NCBI GenBank assembly: GCA_965220395.1
Contig: CBDCPT010000004.1
Span: forward strand, 647,433-711,432
Length of the DNA stretch: 64,000 nt
Direction of reading: 5' to 3'
Source of the DNA: Arenicellales bacterium
Lineage (GTDB): Bacteria > Pseudomonadota > Gammaproteobacteria > Arenicellales > JAJDZL01
Shown: positions 48,935-59,039 of the stretch, piece after piece
How positions within the stretch are numbered: position 1 is the stretch's first letter
Layout: every line of letters begins with the position of its first letter
Translations under genes and position numbers: made by a program
The notes under the pieces: generated by a model
Databases searched by the model: none
The model's input: only the letters and a program-made list of their open reading frames with translations
What the model was told of the DNA's origin: nothing

Positions 48935-51148
48935 TCAATGAACAGATACGTCGTTTCCACTGCTGTTGGGAGTTATCCGGTCTATTTCTTTGTAGAGATC
49001 TGAAAGATGTTTTGATGACATATCTAAAATTGGTTCGTACATGAAAGAATTGAGATGTATATTTTCTGGTGTCATTAGGTTCACTCGATCCATCAAATCA
49101 GCAACATTGATATTGATGTTGGTATTCATCGCATCTTCTTTGAATCGCTTTATTAGCTTCGCTGTCTGGTTGCTACTGATGTCACTGACGAACTTAGGAT
49201 CATTAATAGCATCAATCATCACCTGTTCTGCACGTAGCCTAATTCCAATGGAGAGAACAATCTTCTTTTCTAGCTCAAGATCGATTTCATCACCATTAGC
49301 AATAGACTCCGCGGTTTGTATTATTACCGGAATTATTGCCTGATCATCCTCAAGACCGCAACTAAATTCCTGCCCATTTAGTACTTTAGAGAAGATTCCT
49401 AGCAGGTCATGTACTGTGATGTTAAAACTATCAGACTTTATGTGGAGAAGTGATGTAAGCGTTAAAAATTCATTCTGAAATCCACAATACTCCGACAGAT
49501 TGCGTACGAAAGGTATCATCGCAATTAGGGCATCGATTTTGTGTTCTGAATTTGCAAGAGATTTCCACTTTTGAAACGGATCTCTGTACATCTTTTCATT
49601 ATTGAGTGTGATGCCATTTGCTGACTTAGAAACATGCAAATTAGCACCCCCAAGACTTAGCCTGTGCCAAACGGTACGATAGAAATCGTAGTTGTGGGTG
49701 AGAATAATTTGTTTAAATTCTCCCTGGTCAAGTATGTCGCTTAGGTACTCGACAATCGCGTATTTATTCTTGTAATCGAATGAGTCTGCGATATCATCTA
49801 CAATGAACAAAGTTGGCATAGCGTCACTTTTACGAGCCTCAACTTCGAAAATAATATTAAGTATGTAGAGTGCCCGTCTTTCACCACTACTAAGGATTTT
49901 TAACAGTTCCTTCCGTTCAACGGGTTTTGGCATTGCAGAATCGTCTTCAAATATAAAGCTGATATTTGGTGTTACTCGTTTTAGTATTACATCTTGCTTG
50001 TTTTCGATTCTCACCTCAAACGGTACCGAAAATCTGCGGTTGAAGATATTGATGACCTCCTGCCACCTCGTTGCTTGATCTGACGCCTCCTTGGCAATAT
50101 CATCCAACCGTTTTTTGCCAGTCTCATATTCAGCCATTAAACTTTTAAATTGGTCCCGATGGCGCATCAGGTAAGATTTCAGCAAATCCTCCTTGAGCAA
50201 ATCGGGGTTCTGCAATCGAGGTATCAAAGTTTGATTAGCAACTAGAAATTCGCGGAAATCACGCAATTCTTTAGTAGATAACTTTTTGTCAATTTTGTCG
50301 AAGGACGCTCTTAGTGTTTCATCGGAAAGTATCGAGGTTAATTCCTCGTTAATCAGCTTCTCTAACTCTACCTCTGACTCGACTCTGGTCTCGCCCTCTT
50401 TTGAGCTTAAGGATAATTTATGATCCGCCTTAAAGAATCCATGAGTCTTCAGTTGTTTTGCAATTTCGCCTGCATGATAATGGTTAAACACACCTTTTTT
50501 AAAAAATCGAGATCCACTTATAAGCGCATCATAGTTAGCAGTATATTCTTCCAGTGCCACTTTTGTTTCGGGGTCAAAAATTAGTTTCTCAACCCTTTCA
50601 CTGAATAGTGTATTGAACTTTATACCTGTAAGAGACGGATCTTCCGGATCTTCCAGAACTTCCACCTTGATACGATCAAAAGCACGCAACAGGTTATCAG
50701 GTGATCTAGTAATTACTCTTGAATAAATGTCTTCAAGACCTGATTTAACGCCTGATGTCTTTTTCAAGAGTGCAACTAAATCTGTTAATCTATCTTCTAT
50801 ACCCTTCAGAATTTCATCATATTGACTCTTGAGTTCTTTATTTGCTAAGAGCGTCGAAAGGCGATTGGACTCATACGATTCAGCATGTGGCTCAACTACG
50901 AAAACTTCATCAGATTTTAGCGATGTACCGTTCTCATCTGTTATCTCTCGAGTAGTTTTTCTGTCTGGATAGGCATAATCTTGAGATTGTTTATTTTCAC
51001 TAAGATCTTTAAAGGTTCTAGCGAATGATGTCTTCATAGTACCGTTAGGCGCATAGATCAAATTTGCAGATTTTTTTGAAAAATCAAACTCGGCATCCAA
51101 TGCGCTGATACCGTAACAATATTGAAGTTGAACCTTCACTTTTTCCAT
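48935..51148 (-). CDS. AAA_13-type ABC ATPase with coiled-coil insert and an uncharacterised C-terminal domain (PrrC/RloC-like architecture)
   Basis: 737 aa. Deviant Walker A APNGTMKTS (res 33-41), K/E/L-rich insert (about res 100-410), signature-like SSGERRAL (419-426), Walker B LFIVDD (447-452), H-loop LTHN (483-486). The C-terminal roughly 240 aa contains R549-x3-E553. Confidence 0.65.
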   Translation of the reverse strand: MEKVKVQLQYCYGISALDAEFDFSKKSANLIYAPNGTMKTSFARTFKDLSENKQSQDYAYPDRKTTREITDENGTSLKSDEVFVVEPHAESYESNRLSTLLANKELKSQYDEILKGIEDRLTDLVALLKKTSGVKSGLEDIYSRVITRSPDNLLRAFDRIKVEVLEDPEDPSLTGIKFNTLFSERVEKLIFDPETKVALEEYTANYDALISGSRFFKKGVFNHYHAGEIAKQLKTHGFFKADHKLSLSSKEGETRVESEVELEKLINEELTSILSDETLRASFDKIDKKLSTKELRDFREFLVANQTLIPRLQNPDLLKEDLLKSYLMRHRDQFKSLMAEYETGKKRLDDIAKEASDQATRWQEVINIFNRRFSVPFEVRIENKQDVILKRVTPNISFIFEDDSAMPKPVERKELLKILSSGERRALYILNIIFEVEARKSDAMPTLFIVDDIADSFDYKNKYAIVEYLSDILDQGEFKQIILTHNYDFYRTVWHRLSLGGANLHVSKSANGITLNNEKMYRDPFQKWKSLANSEHKIDALIAMIPFVRNLSEYCGFQNEFLTLTSLLHIKSDSFNITVHDLLGIFSKVLNGQEFSCGLEDDQAIIPVIIQTAESIANGDEIDLELEKKIVLSIGIRLRAEQVMIDAINDPKFVSDISSNQTAKLIKRFKEDAMNTNININVADLMDRVNLMTPENIHLNSFMYEPILDMSSKHLSDLYKEIDRITPNSSGNDVSVH

Positions 51149-51418
51149 TTTTTCCTCTTGGGTAAATTATTGATCAAACGTCAGATTTCGTCGTTCGTCA
51201 AATCGTTTACTTAATTTAAATCCTAGTAACTGATCTCTATATCAACTAGCGATGTTAACAGTCGCAGAATTTTTGTTAGTGTAATTAATTTTAGCTTCCT
51301 GACTCACTGTAATTTCAAACTCCGACTTCAGAAAATCGTTCTATGAATCGACATCTTCCAATTGGTCGTTTATGAATAAGCAGCATCCACGAATTTTAGG
51401 TAGGGATTGTTCCACTCC

Positions 51419-52130
51419 TTATGTTCTACTCACGTTCAAACTCTGAATAAAATTTCTTTGAATTCTCTTGTCAAACTTTAGCTTTTTCAACGCTAAGGTG
51501 TTCTTCAAACAGAGTGGGTAGAGATCATGTATATTTTCTTTCCGGCTATAAATCAAAACCGCCCAGGTGGGAGTAATTGAATGATGGAACCGTTGCTTGT
51601 TGCGAAACCCTCGTGCACGAAATTTCACCGTTTTGATGCTGTTGTTGACTCCCAATAGTACTAGAATGCCCAAAAGTGTTTGTGGATCATCTCTGAAATC
51701 TCTCTAAAAGCCTGCAGATGGGCTCCGTGTATCAATTTGATCAACTGCTTACAGCCTTTCTCTGCCCAAGTGCGGCTTTGATAGTCCCATAACTTTCTTG
51801 AAACCACCTTTGTCGCCCAAGCCCAGGCCGCTTTCAACGACTGCTGACGAATCGCGCTGAAACTTCGCTGCTGATGCCAACTCAGATTGCTAGGATTTCA
51901 AAGCCACTGATACTTGCGACCTTTCAAGCGTATATCGCCTTGCTTAATCGATGCCCCGTGTTCGTTTCGTCGCACCTGATCCACTGCCCTCGAACAATAC
52001 TGCGTAACATGAACCGATCAAATGCAATCTTCTCTTCATCCTGTGGTCGGCTTGTATGCAAGCCGACCACAGGTCCTTGCACGCGCTTCGCAGTCAGCGA
52101 AACACTGGTAGTGAACAGGACTATCCCACG
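51419..52130 (-). pseudogene. ISL3-family transposase remnant (C-terminal half, frameshifted)
   Basis: Hand translation gives DRF|HVTQYCSRAVDQVRRNEHGASIKQGDIRLKGRKYQWL*NPSNLSWHQQ ... GVNNSIKTVKFRARGFRNKQRF. It needs at least two frameshifts and contains one in-frame TGA. These are ISL3 hallmark motifs. Confidence 0.65.
52041..52072. repeat. Perfect 14-bp-stem palindrome (CTGTGGTCGGCTTG-TATG-CAAGCCGACCACAG)
   Basis: Read directly from the sequence. Lies at the truncated upstream edge of the ISL3 remnant. No flanking T-run on either strand. Confidence 0.9.
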
Positions 52131-52532
52131 CTAGTGCATAGCAGAAGTTCGTGGCTCAAATGAGAGGGCGTGAACGGTTGAACGGCTACTGGTAACCATT
52201 TGACCTTTGTAGGATGCAGAATTAACGAAAATGCTGTGCGAAATCGAAAATGGTCCTAACGTCGGATTATCCTGAGTAATGTACGCTGGCCGTCGGGTTG
52301 CAGTCATCAGAAATGTATAATGAATTGACAAGCCATATCTCGTGCGTAGTCGTGGGTGAGAAAACCTAATTATCCGCTAGGCAGTAATTCTTGCTCAAGA
52401 CTATTCTGATGGCCGTAGTTCAACGTAATAAAACTTACTCTAACCGGAATCGATAAAATTTCCCTGATCGATTTGGATACGTAAATTTCACCTGAAGATG
52501 TTATATTCGACAAAAATTGACAACCAATTTCC

Positions 52533-54242
52533 ATGAATAAAACTAATTTATCCTCTCTCATCTGGTCCTCTGCTGACGATGAACTTCGCTCAATTTTCAA
52601 ACCTAGTGAATATGGCCGGATAATTCTGCCTTTCGTTGTATTGCGACGTTTGGACTGTGTTCTAGAACCAAAGAAAGACGAAGTTTACAACCTCTATGAG
52701 CAATACAAAAAGGAACTGTCTGATCCATCGCCCATCATTGAAGGTACAATCGACCTTCCGTTCTTTAATCGCTCAAAATACGATTTGAAGCGACTCAAGA
52801 GTGACCCTGACAATGTATTGGTGAACTTCAACAACTACATTGATGGATACTCTCAAAACGTCAGCGATATTATCCAAAATTTTTCGATCAATCCATTTAT
52901 CGATAAACTCCATAAGAATAACCGTCTCTTCCGATTTATCGCTAAATTTACTGAATTCGACCTTCACCCAGAAACGATTGACAATCATCAGATGGGGTCA
53001 GTTTATGAGGAGTTACTTCGAAGGTTTTCAGAAATGTCCAATGAAGAGAGCGGAGACCACTTTACGCCTCGGGACGTTGTAAGATTGTTGGTTTCATTTG
53101 TATTTGGAGGCGACAAAGAATCTCTTATGGGAGAAGGAAAAATTCGATCAATTTTTGATCCGTGCTGTGGAACTGGCGGAATGCTAACGGTTGGCAAGAA
53201 CTGGGTTCACGAATACATAAACCCGGATTTGATACTTCAACTATATGGGCAGGAACTCAATGACGTCACATATTCGATTTGTAAATCGGATCTCCTCATA
53301 TTGGGTGAAAATCCCAACAACATATACGGTCCCTACTCTTCTCTTTCTAATGATCGTCTCATTGGAAGAAAGTTTGACTACATGATTACTAATCCACCAT
53401 TCGGTGTTAGTTGGAAGAGCGATGAGAGATTCGTAAAGGAAGAAAGTAAAGACCCGGACGGCCGTTTCTTTGTCGGAACTCCAAGAGTTTCTGATGGATC
53501 CCTGTTATTTCTGCAACATCTGATTCATAAAATGAATCCTGAAGGCGCTCGCATAGGAATTGTGTTCAACGGATCACCGTTGTTCACAGGTGATGCTGGC
53601 AGCGGTGAATCTGAGATACGCAAGTGGATTATTGAAAATGACTGGTTGGAAACAATTGTGCGCCTTCCAGACCAGCTTTTCTTCAATACGGGAATTACTA
53701 CTTACTTTTGGATTGTGACGAACAAGAAATTAGATACACGTAAGGGAAAGATCCAACTCATTGATGGGTCCAGTTTCCATTGTTCAATGAGAAAATCGCT
53801 TGGGAATAAAAGAAAGGAAATTTCCGAATCTCAAACCGAAGAGTTGCTGCGTGTTTACGAAAGTTTCGAAGAAGGTGAGTTTTCAAAAATCTATTCCAAC
53901 GAATTTTTCGGATATACCAGAGTCACTGTCGAACAGCCGTTGGTTGACGACGGCGGAATTATTAAAGACAAATCCAGTAATCCTAAACCGGATACAAAGA
54001 AGCGGGACATTGAACGAGTGCCTTTGACAGACGGAGTGGAGGAATTCTTTGAAAAGGAGGTCAAACCTCATTTGCCGGATGCGTGGATGAATCGAGCGAA
54101 AGACAGGGTCGGTTACGAGATTAACTTCAGTAAGTATTTCTGTAAATTCACACCACTAAGGTCGCTTGAAGAAATCTCGTTTGATCTCAAAGTGCTTGAT
54201 GGCGAGATAAATCAACTATCACTGGAGTTGGCTCGTGAATAG
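52533..54242 (+). CDS. hsdM: Type I restriction-modification system, methyltransferase subunit
   Basis: 569 aa with an HsdM N-terminal domain, SAM motif DPCCGTGGML and catalytic NPPFG. Confidence 0.9.
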   Translation: MNKTNLSSLIWSSADDELRSIFKPSEYGRIILPFVVLRRLDCVLEPKKDEVYNLYEQYKKELSDPSPIIEGTIDLPFFNRSKYDLKRLKSDPDNVLVNFNNYIDGYSQNVSDIIQNFSINPFIDKLHKNNRLFRFIAKFTEFDLHPETIDNHQMGSVYEELLRRFSEMSNEESGDHFTPRDVVRLLVSFVFGGDKESLMGEGKIRSIFDPCCGTGGMLTVGKNWVHEYINPDLILQLYGQELNDVTYSICKSDLLILGENPNNIYGPYSSLSNDRLIGRKFDYMITNPPFGVSWKSDERFVKEESKDPDGRFFVGTPRVSDGSLLFLQHLIHKMNPEGARIGIVFNGSPLFTGDAGSGESEIRKWIIENDWLETIVRLPDQLFFNTGITTYFWIVTNKKLDTRKGKIQLIDGSSFHCSMRKSLGNKRKEISESQTEELLRVYESFEEGEFSKIYSNEFFGYTRVTVEQPLVDDGGIIKDKSSNPKPDTKKRDIERVPLTDGVEEFFEKEVKPHLPDAWMNRAKDRVGYEINFSKYFCKFTPLRSLEEISFDLKVLDGEINQLSLELARE

Positions 54243-55557
54243 GTACGCTGAATATAGAGACAGCGGAATTGAATGGATTGGGAAGATTCCGAGTCATTGG
54301 AATGTAATACCTAATCGCAATTTTTTCCGAGAGAAAAGTATAAAGAATGTCGAGGGGTTACAAAATTTGTCGGTGTACAGGGATTACGGAGTAATTCCAC
54401 GAGATTCTAGAGATGACAATCATAACAAAGTTTCAGAGGATACATCCCATTACAAACTTGTTGAAGTAGGAGACTTTGTATTAAACAAAATGAAGTGCTG
54501 GATGGGGTCATTGGGAGTGTCAGACTATCAAGGAATTGTTAGTCCTGCATATACAGTATGTGAGCCAACTAGAGAAATTAACCGAAAATTTTTTCATTAC
54601 TTACTTCGGTCTGCGTCATACATCCAAATTTATAGTTCACTATCATACGGAATTCGCATCGCTCAATGGGAACTGAGGTTTCATGATTTCAAGACTATCT
54701 GCTCTGTGTATCCTCCTGTTTCTGAACAATTCCAAATCTCCCAATTTCTCGACAGGAAAATCCCTCAAATCGATTCTCTGATTGAGAAATTAGAACAAAA
54801 GACCGAACTTCTCAAAGAACAACGAACAACATTGATCAGTCAGTGTGTTACGAAAGGGTTAGATCCCAATGTTAAGATGAAAGTCAGCGGAGTGGAGTGG
54901 GCTGGGGAGATTCCGAGTCATTGGAAAATCTCGAGGCTGCGTTATCTCCACCAAATTATGTTTGGCGGGCAATGGGGTAGCGATCCCACTGATTCAGAAA
55001 AATTTGTTTTTGTTGTTCGCGTTAGTGATTTTGACTACACAAGACTAAAAATTTCTAAGGTTCCTACTGCTAGAAAGTTGATTATCGATTCGACGTCACC
55101 AAAATTGATTAGAAAAGGGGATTTAGTCCTCGAGAAGTCCGGAGGTGGTGAGAAAACACCTGTTGGAAGACTTGTTATGGTAACAGATGAACCGATCGAA
55201 CCAACGGTGAACTCAAATTTTACAATTCTCATAAGGACAAACCCAAACAAGACTAACCCGAGATTTTTAACATACCTTTACTATGTTGGATACATCGTCG
55301 GAATAACAGGGCGAAACTTGAAACAAACTACAGGAATACAAAATTTAGATACAAAAAATTTGTTTAGAGAACTAGTGGCTGTTCCACCGATTCGAGAACA
55401 AGTGGAAATCTCTAAATTTCTCGACAAGAATGCCTCCCAGATCAATTCTCTGATTGAAAAGCTTCAACAAAAAATCGAACTTCTCAAAGAATACCGACAG
55501 TCTCTGATCTCAAATGTCGTCACTGGGAAAGTCAAGGTCACTGAGGATACGCTGTGA
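54235..55557 (+). CDS. hsdS: Type I restriction-modification system, specificity subunit
   Basis: 440 aa. Two target-recognition domains are separated by duplicated conserved helices (IDSLIEKLEQKTELLKEQR / INSLIEKLQQKIELLKEYR). Overlaps hsdM by 8 nt. Confidence 0.85.
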   Translation: MNRYAEYRDSGIEWIGKIPSHWNVIPNRNFFREKSIKNVEGLQNLSVYRDYGVIPRDSRDDNHNKVSEDTSHYKLVEVGDFVLNKMKCWMGSLGVSDYQGIVSPAYTVCEPTREINRKFFHYLLRSASYIQIYSSLSYGIRIAQWELRFHDFKTICSVYPPVSEQFQISQFLDRKIPQIDSLIEKLEQKTELLKEQRTTLISQCVTKGLDPNVKMKVSGVEWAGEIPSHWKISRLRYLHQIMFGGQWGSDPTDSEKFVFVVRVSDFDYTRLKISKVPTARKLIIDSTSPKLIRKGDLVLEKSGGGEKTPVGRLVMVTDEPIEPTVNSNFTILIRTNPNKTNPRFLTYLYYVGYIVGITGRNLKQTTGIQNLDTKNLFRELVAVPPIREQVEISKFLDKNASQINSLIEKLQQKIELLKEYRQSLISNVVTGKVKVTEDTL

Positions 55558-58511
55558 CTGGCTTGCTCCCAACTGAAAAAAGGTTTGAAGGTCACATTGA
55601 GAAACATTTGCTCTCAATGGGTTATCTTTCACGACCATCCTCTGAATATGACCGCACTCTATGTCTCATTCAACGCGATGTAGTTGAATTCATCCGCACA
55701 ACCCAGCCTGACAAATGGAACCGTCTCGAAGAAATTTATGGAACCGATGTAGAAGATAAATTTCTTGCGAGAACTTCAACAGAAATTGCCAAGCGAGGAA
55801 TTATTGATGTCTTGAGAAATCAAGTGGTGGACCGCGGAGTCTACATAGATTTGTGTTACTTTAAACCGAAGAGTGACATGAACCCTGATCATCAGAACCT
55901 TTATCAATCAAACAGATTCATGGTGGTTCGACAGCTCCACTACTCCAAGAGGAACGAGAATTCGATCGACATGGTGCTTTTCCTGAACGGACTTCCGCTA
56001 ATCACAATTGAACTGAAGAATCAGTTAACCAGACAGAACATATTTCACTCCCAAAATCAGTACAGGGATCACCGAGACCCCAATGAACCACTGCTGAAAT
56101 TCAAACGATGTGCCGTTCACTTCTGTATAGACAACGACAAAGTTTCAATGACAACCAGATTGGCCGGCGAAAAAACAACGTTTCTTCCATACAATCGAGA
56201 TCTTGAAAATCCTCGTGTTGAGAATGGATACCGAACTCAGTATATGTGGGAACAGATTCTTACTCCGGACTCTCTCTTGGACATTCTTGAGAACTTCGTG
56301 CATGTATCAAAAGAAAAGAGCTACTCTTTCAATCCAAGCACCCAAAATACCGAACCCAAGACTTCAGAGGTTCTGATTTTCCCCCGCTACCATCAACTAG
56401 AACTAGTCCGCAAGTTCCAACAGCAGATTCGAATAGATGGTGTTGGAACAAATTACCTGGTGCAACATACTACGGGCTCCGGCAAATCCTATTCAATAGG
56501 CTGGCTAGCGCACACTCTGACTTCCCTGTATAGATCGGCTGGCGATAAAAAACGAATGTTTGACACAATAGTCGTTGTTACAGACAGAACTGTCCTTGAT
56601 GATCAATTGAGACATACCCTTCGATCACTGGAAAAGGTAGAAGGTGTCGTCAGTGCAGCAGATAAAAGTTCCCAGCAACTACAAAATTTTCTTGAGCAGA
56701 GCAAGGAAATCATTGTTACGACAATTCACAAGTTCCCGATCATCTCAAAAACCACAGCTGCGCTCAGTGACAAAACTTTCGCTGTCATCATCGACGAAGT
56801 GCATTCCAGCCAATCTGGGGAGATGGCCAAGGAACTAAAAAGAACTCTTTCAAAAACAGTCTTTGACCAGATAGCGGAAAATGATGGAGAACTCGACTAC
56901 GAGGATATGTTGAGACTCGAAATCAAATTTAGAGGGAAACAGGACCATATCTCTTTCTTTGGATTCACAGGAACACCGAAAGAGAAAACTCTGGAAATTT
57001 TTGGAACAAAATCTGGTGATCAATTCACCCCTTTCCACATCTATTCTATGTATCAGTCAATCCATGAAGGATTCACGCTTGATGTACTTCGAAACTACAC
57101 AACATACAAACGATTCTTTCTATTAAATCAGGTCGATGATAGAAACTTAGCAGTTCCTGTATCTGAAGGTACAAAGAGGCTCTTAAAGTACGTCGACTCA
57201 CACGAACTGACAATTCGCAATAAAGTCAACATTATGCTGGACCATTGGATCAATAAAGGTTCAAAAGAAATCCAAGGTAAATCTCGAGGAATGATCGTCA
57301 CTCAGTCCCGTCAACTCTGTGTCAAATATTTTTTCGAAATAAACAAACAACTTGAAGAAAGGGGAATCAATCACCGTGCTCTAGTCGGTTTCTCAGGAGA
57401 GGTAAAAGTTGATGGTGAAAGTTACTCTGAGCAAAGTCTGAATAACGATTTAGGGCACAAGGGAAATGTTCCTCTTGGGTTGAAGAATCCCAAATTCAGG
57501 CTTCTGATTGCTGCATTTAAGTTTCAAACGGGGTTCGACGAACCTTTGCTTCAATGCATGTATGTGGACAAGAAACTGAATAGCATCCACTGTGTCCAGA
57601 CGTTATCGCGACTGAACCGAACTATGCCCGGCAAAACTCAGACATTCGTTTTGGATTTCGTCAACAAACCGGATGAAGTGCGCAATTCATTCCAGCGATT
57701 TTACGAATCAACCGTCCTAGAAGGTGAAACAGACCCCAATCGTCTATATGACATTCAAAGAGAAATTTATGATTTTGATTTGTACACAAGAGAAGACGTC
57801 AATCGATTCTGTAAGGCGTTCTATGAGCCAGGTCGAGATGACGGAATACTACATTCAATTCTAGATTTGGTCGTAGATAAGTTCAAACAAATTGAAGACC
57901 CGGAACAAAGAGAAGGCTTTCGGTCAAAACTTCAGTCGTTTGTTCGGATATATGGCTACCTTTCTCAAATTATTACGTTTACCGACAGTGAGTTGGAAAA
58001 ATCATATCTTTACTTTAAATTTCTTGAAAGAAAACTTCCAAGAAGAGACAAGGAATCTTTCGATATTAGCGATACCGTTGAACTTGATTCATTACGCATT
58101 CAAAAAATACACGAGAAAGTTGGAGAGTTGGTAAACAAAGAAGGAATTGTTCAACCACATAGCTTGGAACATGGACCTGCAACTGAACCCGAGTTTGACT
58201 CTTTATCTGAGATTATCAACAGAATTAATCACAAGTACGGCTTGAACCTCACAGATGAACACAAGGTTTATCTTGCGAGCGTAGAAAAGAGTCTCAACAA
58301 CAATGAAGAAGCGAAAAAAATTATGAATGGCGACAGTTCCGAAGAGAATATTCGCGTCTTTATGAGGGAAGCATACGACTCCGAATTGCTGAAATTCGTC
58401 AGTACTAATTTTGAATTCTACAAAAAATTAGTTAATGAACCATCCATTAACGACTTGATATTCAAAACAATGTATGAGAATTGCCGGAGTAGAATTCCGG
58501 ATCACGTTTGA
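55554..58511 (+). CDS. hsdR: Type I restriction enzyme, endonuclease/translocase subunit
   Basis: 985 aa. PD-(D/E)XK region (DMVLFLNGLPLITIELK), helicase motifs TGSGKS and DEVH. Overlaps hsdS by 4 nt. Confidence 0.9.
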   Translation: MTGLLPTEKRFEGHIEKHLLSMGYLSRPSSEYDRTLCLIQRDVVEFIRTTQPDKWNRLEEIYGTDVEDKFLARTSTEIAKRGIIDVLRNQVVDRGVYIDLCYFKPKSDMNPDHQNLYQSNRFMVVRQLHYSKRNENSIDMVLFLNGLPLITIELKNQLTRQNIFHSQNQYRDHRDPNEPLLKFKRCAVHFCIDNDKVSMTTRLAGEKTTFLPYNRDLENPRVENGYRTQYMWEQILTPDSLLDILENFVHVSKEKSYSFNPSTQNTEPKTSEVLIFPRYHQLELVRKFQQQIRIDGVGTNYLVQHTTGSGKSYSIGWLAHTLTSLYRSAGDKKRMFDTIVVVTDRTVLDDQLRHTLRSLEKVEGVVSAADKSSQQLQNFLEQSKEIIVTTIHKFPIISKTTAALSDKTFAVIIDEVHSSQSGEMAKELKRTLSKTVFDQIAENDGELDYEDMLRLEIKFRGKQDHISFFGFTGTPKEKTLEIFGTKSGDQFTPFHIYSMYQSIHEGFTLDVLRNYTTYKRFFLLNQVDDRNLAVPVSEGTKRLLKYVDSHELTIRNKVNIMLDHWINKGSKEIQGKSRGMIVTQSRQLCVKYFFEINKQLEERGINHRALVGFSGEVKVDGESYSEQSLNNDLGHKGNVPLGLKNPKFRLLIAAFKFQTGFDEPLLQCMYVDKKLNSIHCVQTLSRLNRTMPGKTQTFVLDFVNKPDEVRNSFQRFYESTVLEGETDPNRLYDIQREIYDFDLYTREDVNRFCKAFYEPGRDDGILHSILDLVVDKFKQIEDPEQREGFRSKLQSFVRIYGYLSQIITFTDSELEKSYLYFKFLERKLPRRDKESFDISDTVELDSLRIQKIHEKVGELVNKEGIVQPHSLEHGPATEPEFDSLSEIINRINHKYGLNLTDEHKVYLASVEKSLNNNEEAKKIMNGDSSEENIRVFMREAYDSELLKFVSTNFEFYKKLVNEPSINDLIFKTMYENCRSRIPDHV

Positions 58512-58631
58512 AATGAATGGAAAATTCGTATTGCAATTGGACCGAATCCACAGTGCCCTCTAACTGCTAGAAGTCCCACAATACAAAGTGAAATTTTGAA
58601 ATAAATTCATTTCACACCAATTCACTTTTAG

Positions 58632-59039
58632 CTACAACGGGTATGGTTTAATTCTGCTGTCTCTATAAATCGCCGCAACGAGTGGCGCATCTCTAGAAGA
58701 ATAGAATCGATATATTCGATTTATTCCCTTGAGCAGTATTTGAGCAATTTCTGGACCAGTGGCATTTTTAGCTCTGATTACGATGATTCGCGTCGCATTC
58801 TTCTTGATTGAATCCAGCTGAGCATGCCGATTACGGATATTCTTGTCTTTTGTAAGCGCAATCCAACCGTTTCGCCCAGCGAGAGCGATCCAATCTTCAT
58901 CTGGTACGTCTATTGGAAGATGATCATCATGCAATTCACAACTGATTCCGGCAGATCGAAGTGCATCCGCTATCACATGTTTGCCTAGATTTCGATCTAG
59001 GAAAAGGATGGGCTCACTATGCAGCTGCTTTGAGCTCAC
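58632..59039 (-). CDS. PIN-like (DUF5615-type) putative toxin
   Basis: 135 aa. LFLDRNLG N-terminus and an acidic DVPDEDW segment are typical of DUF5615/Mut7-C-like PIN proteins. Overlaps the upstream DUF433 gene by 23 nt. Confidence 0.55.
   Translation of the reverse strand: MSSKQLHSEPILFLDRNLGKHVIADALRSAGISCELHDDHLPIDVPDEDWIALAGRNGWIALTKDKNIRNRHAQLDSIKKNATRIIVIRAKNATGPEIAQILLKGINRIYRFYSSRDAPLVAAIYRDSRIKPYPL

Noticed and set aside
54235-55557. Internal repeats in hsdS as a phase-variation or shufflon signal.
   Set aside because: The repeats are the standard duplicated conserved helices of HsdS. There is no second hsdS copy, inverted hsdS fragment or recombinase nearby.
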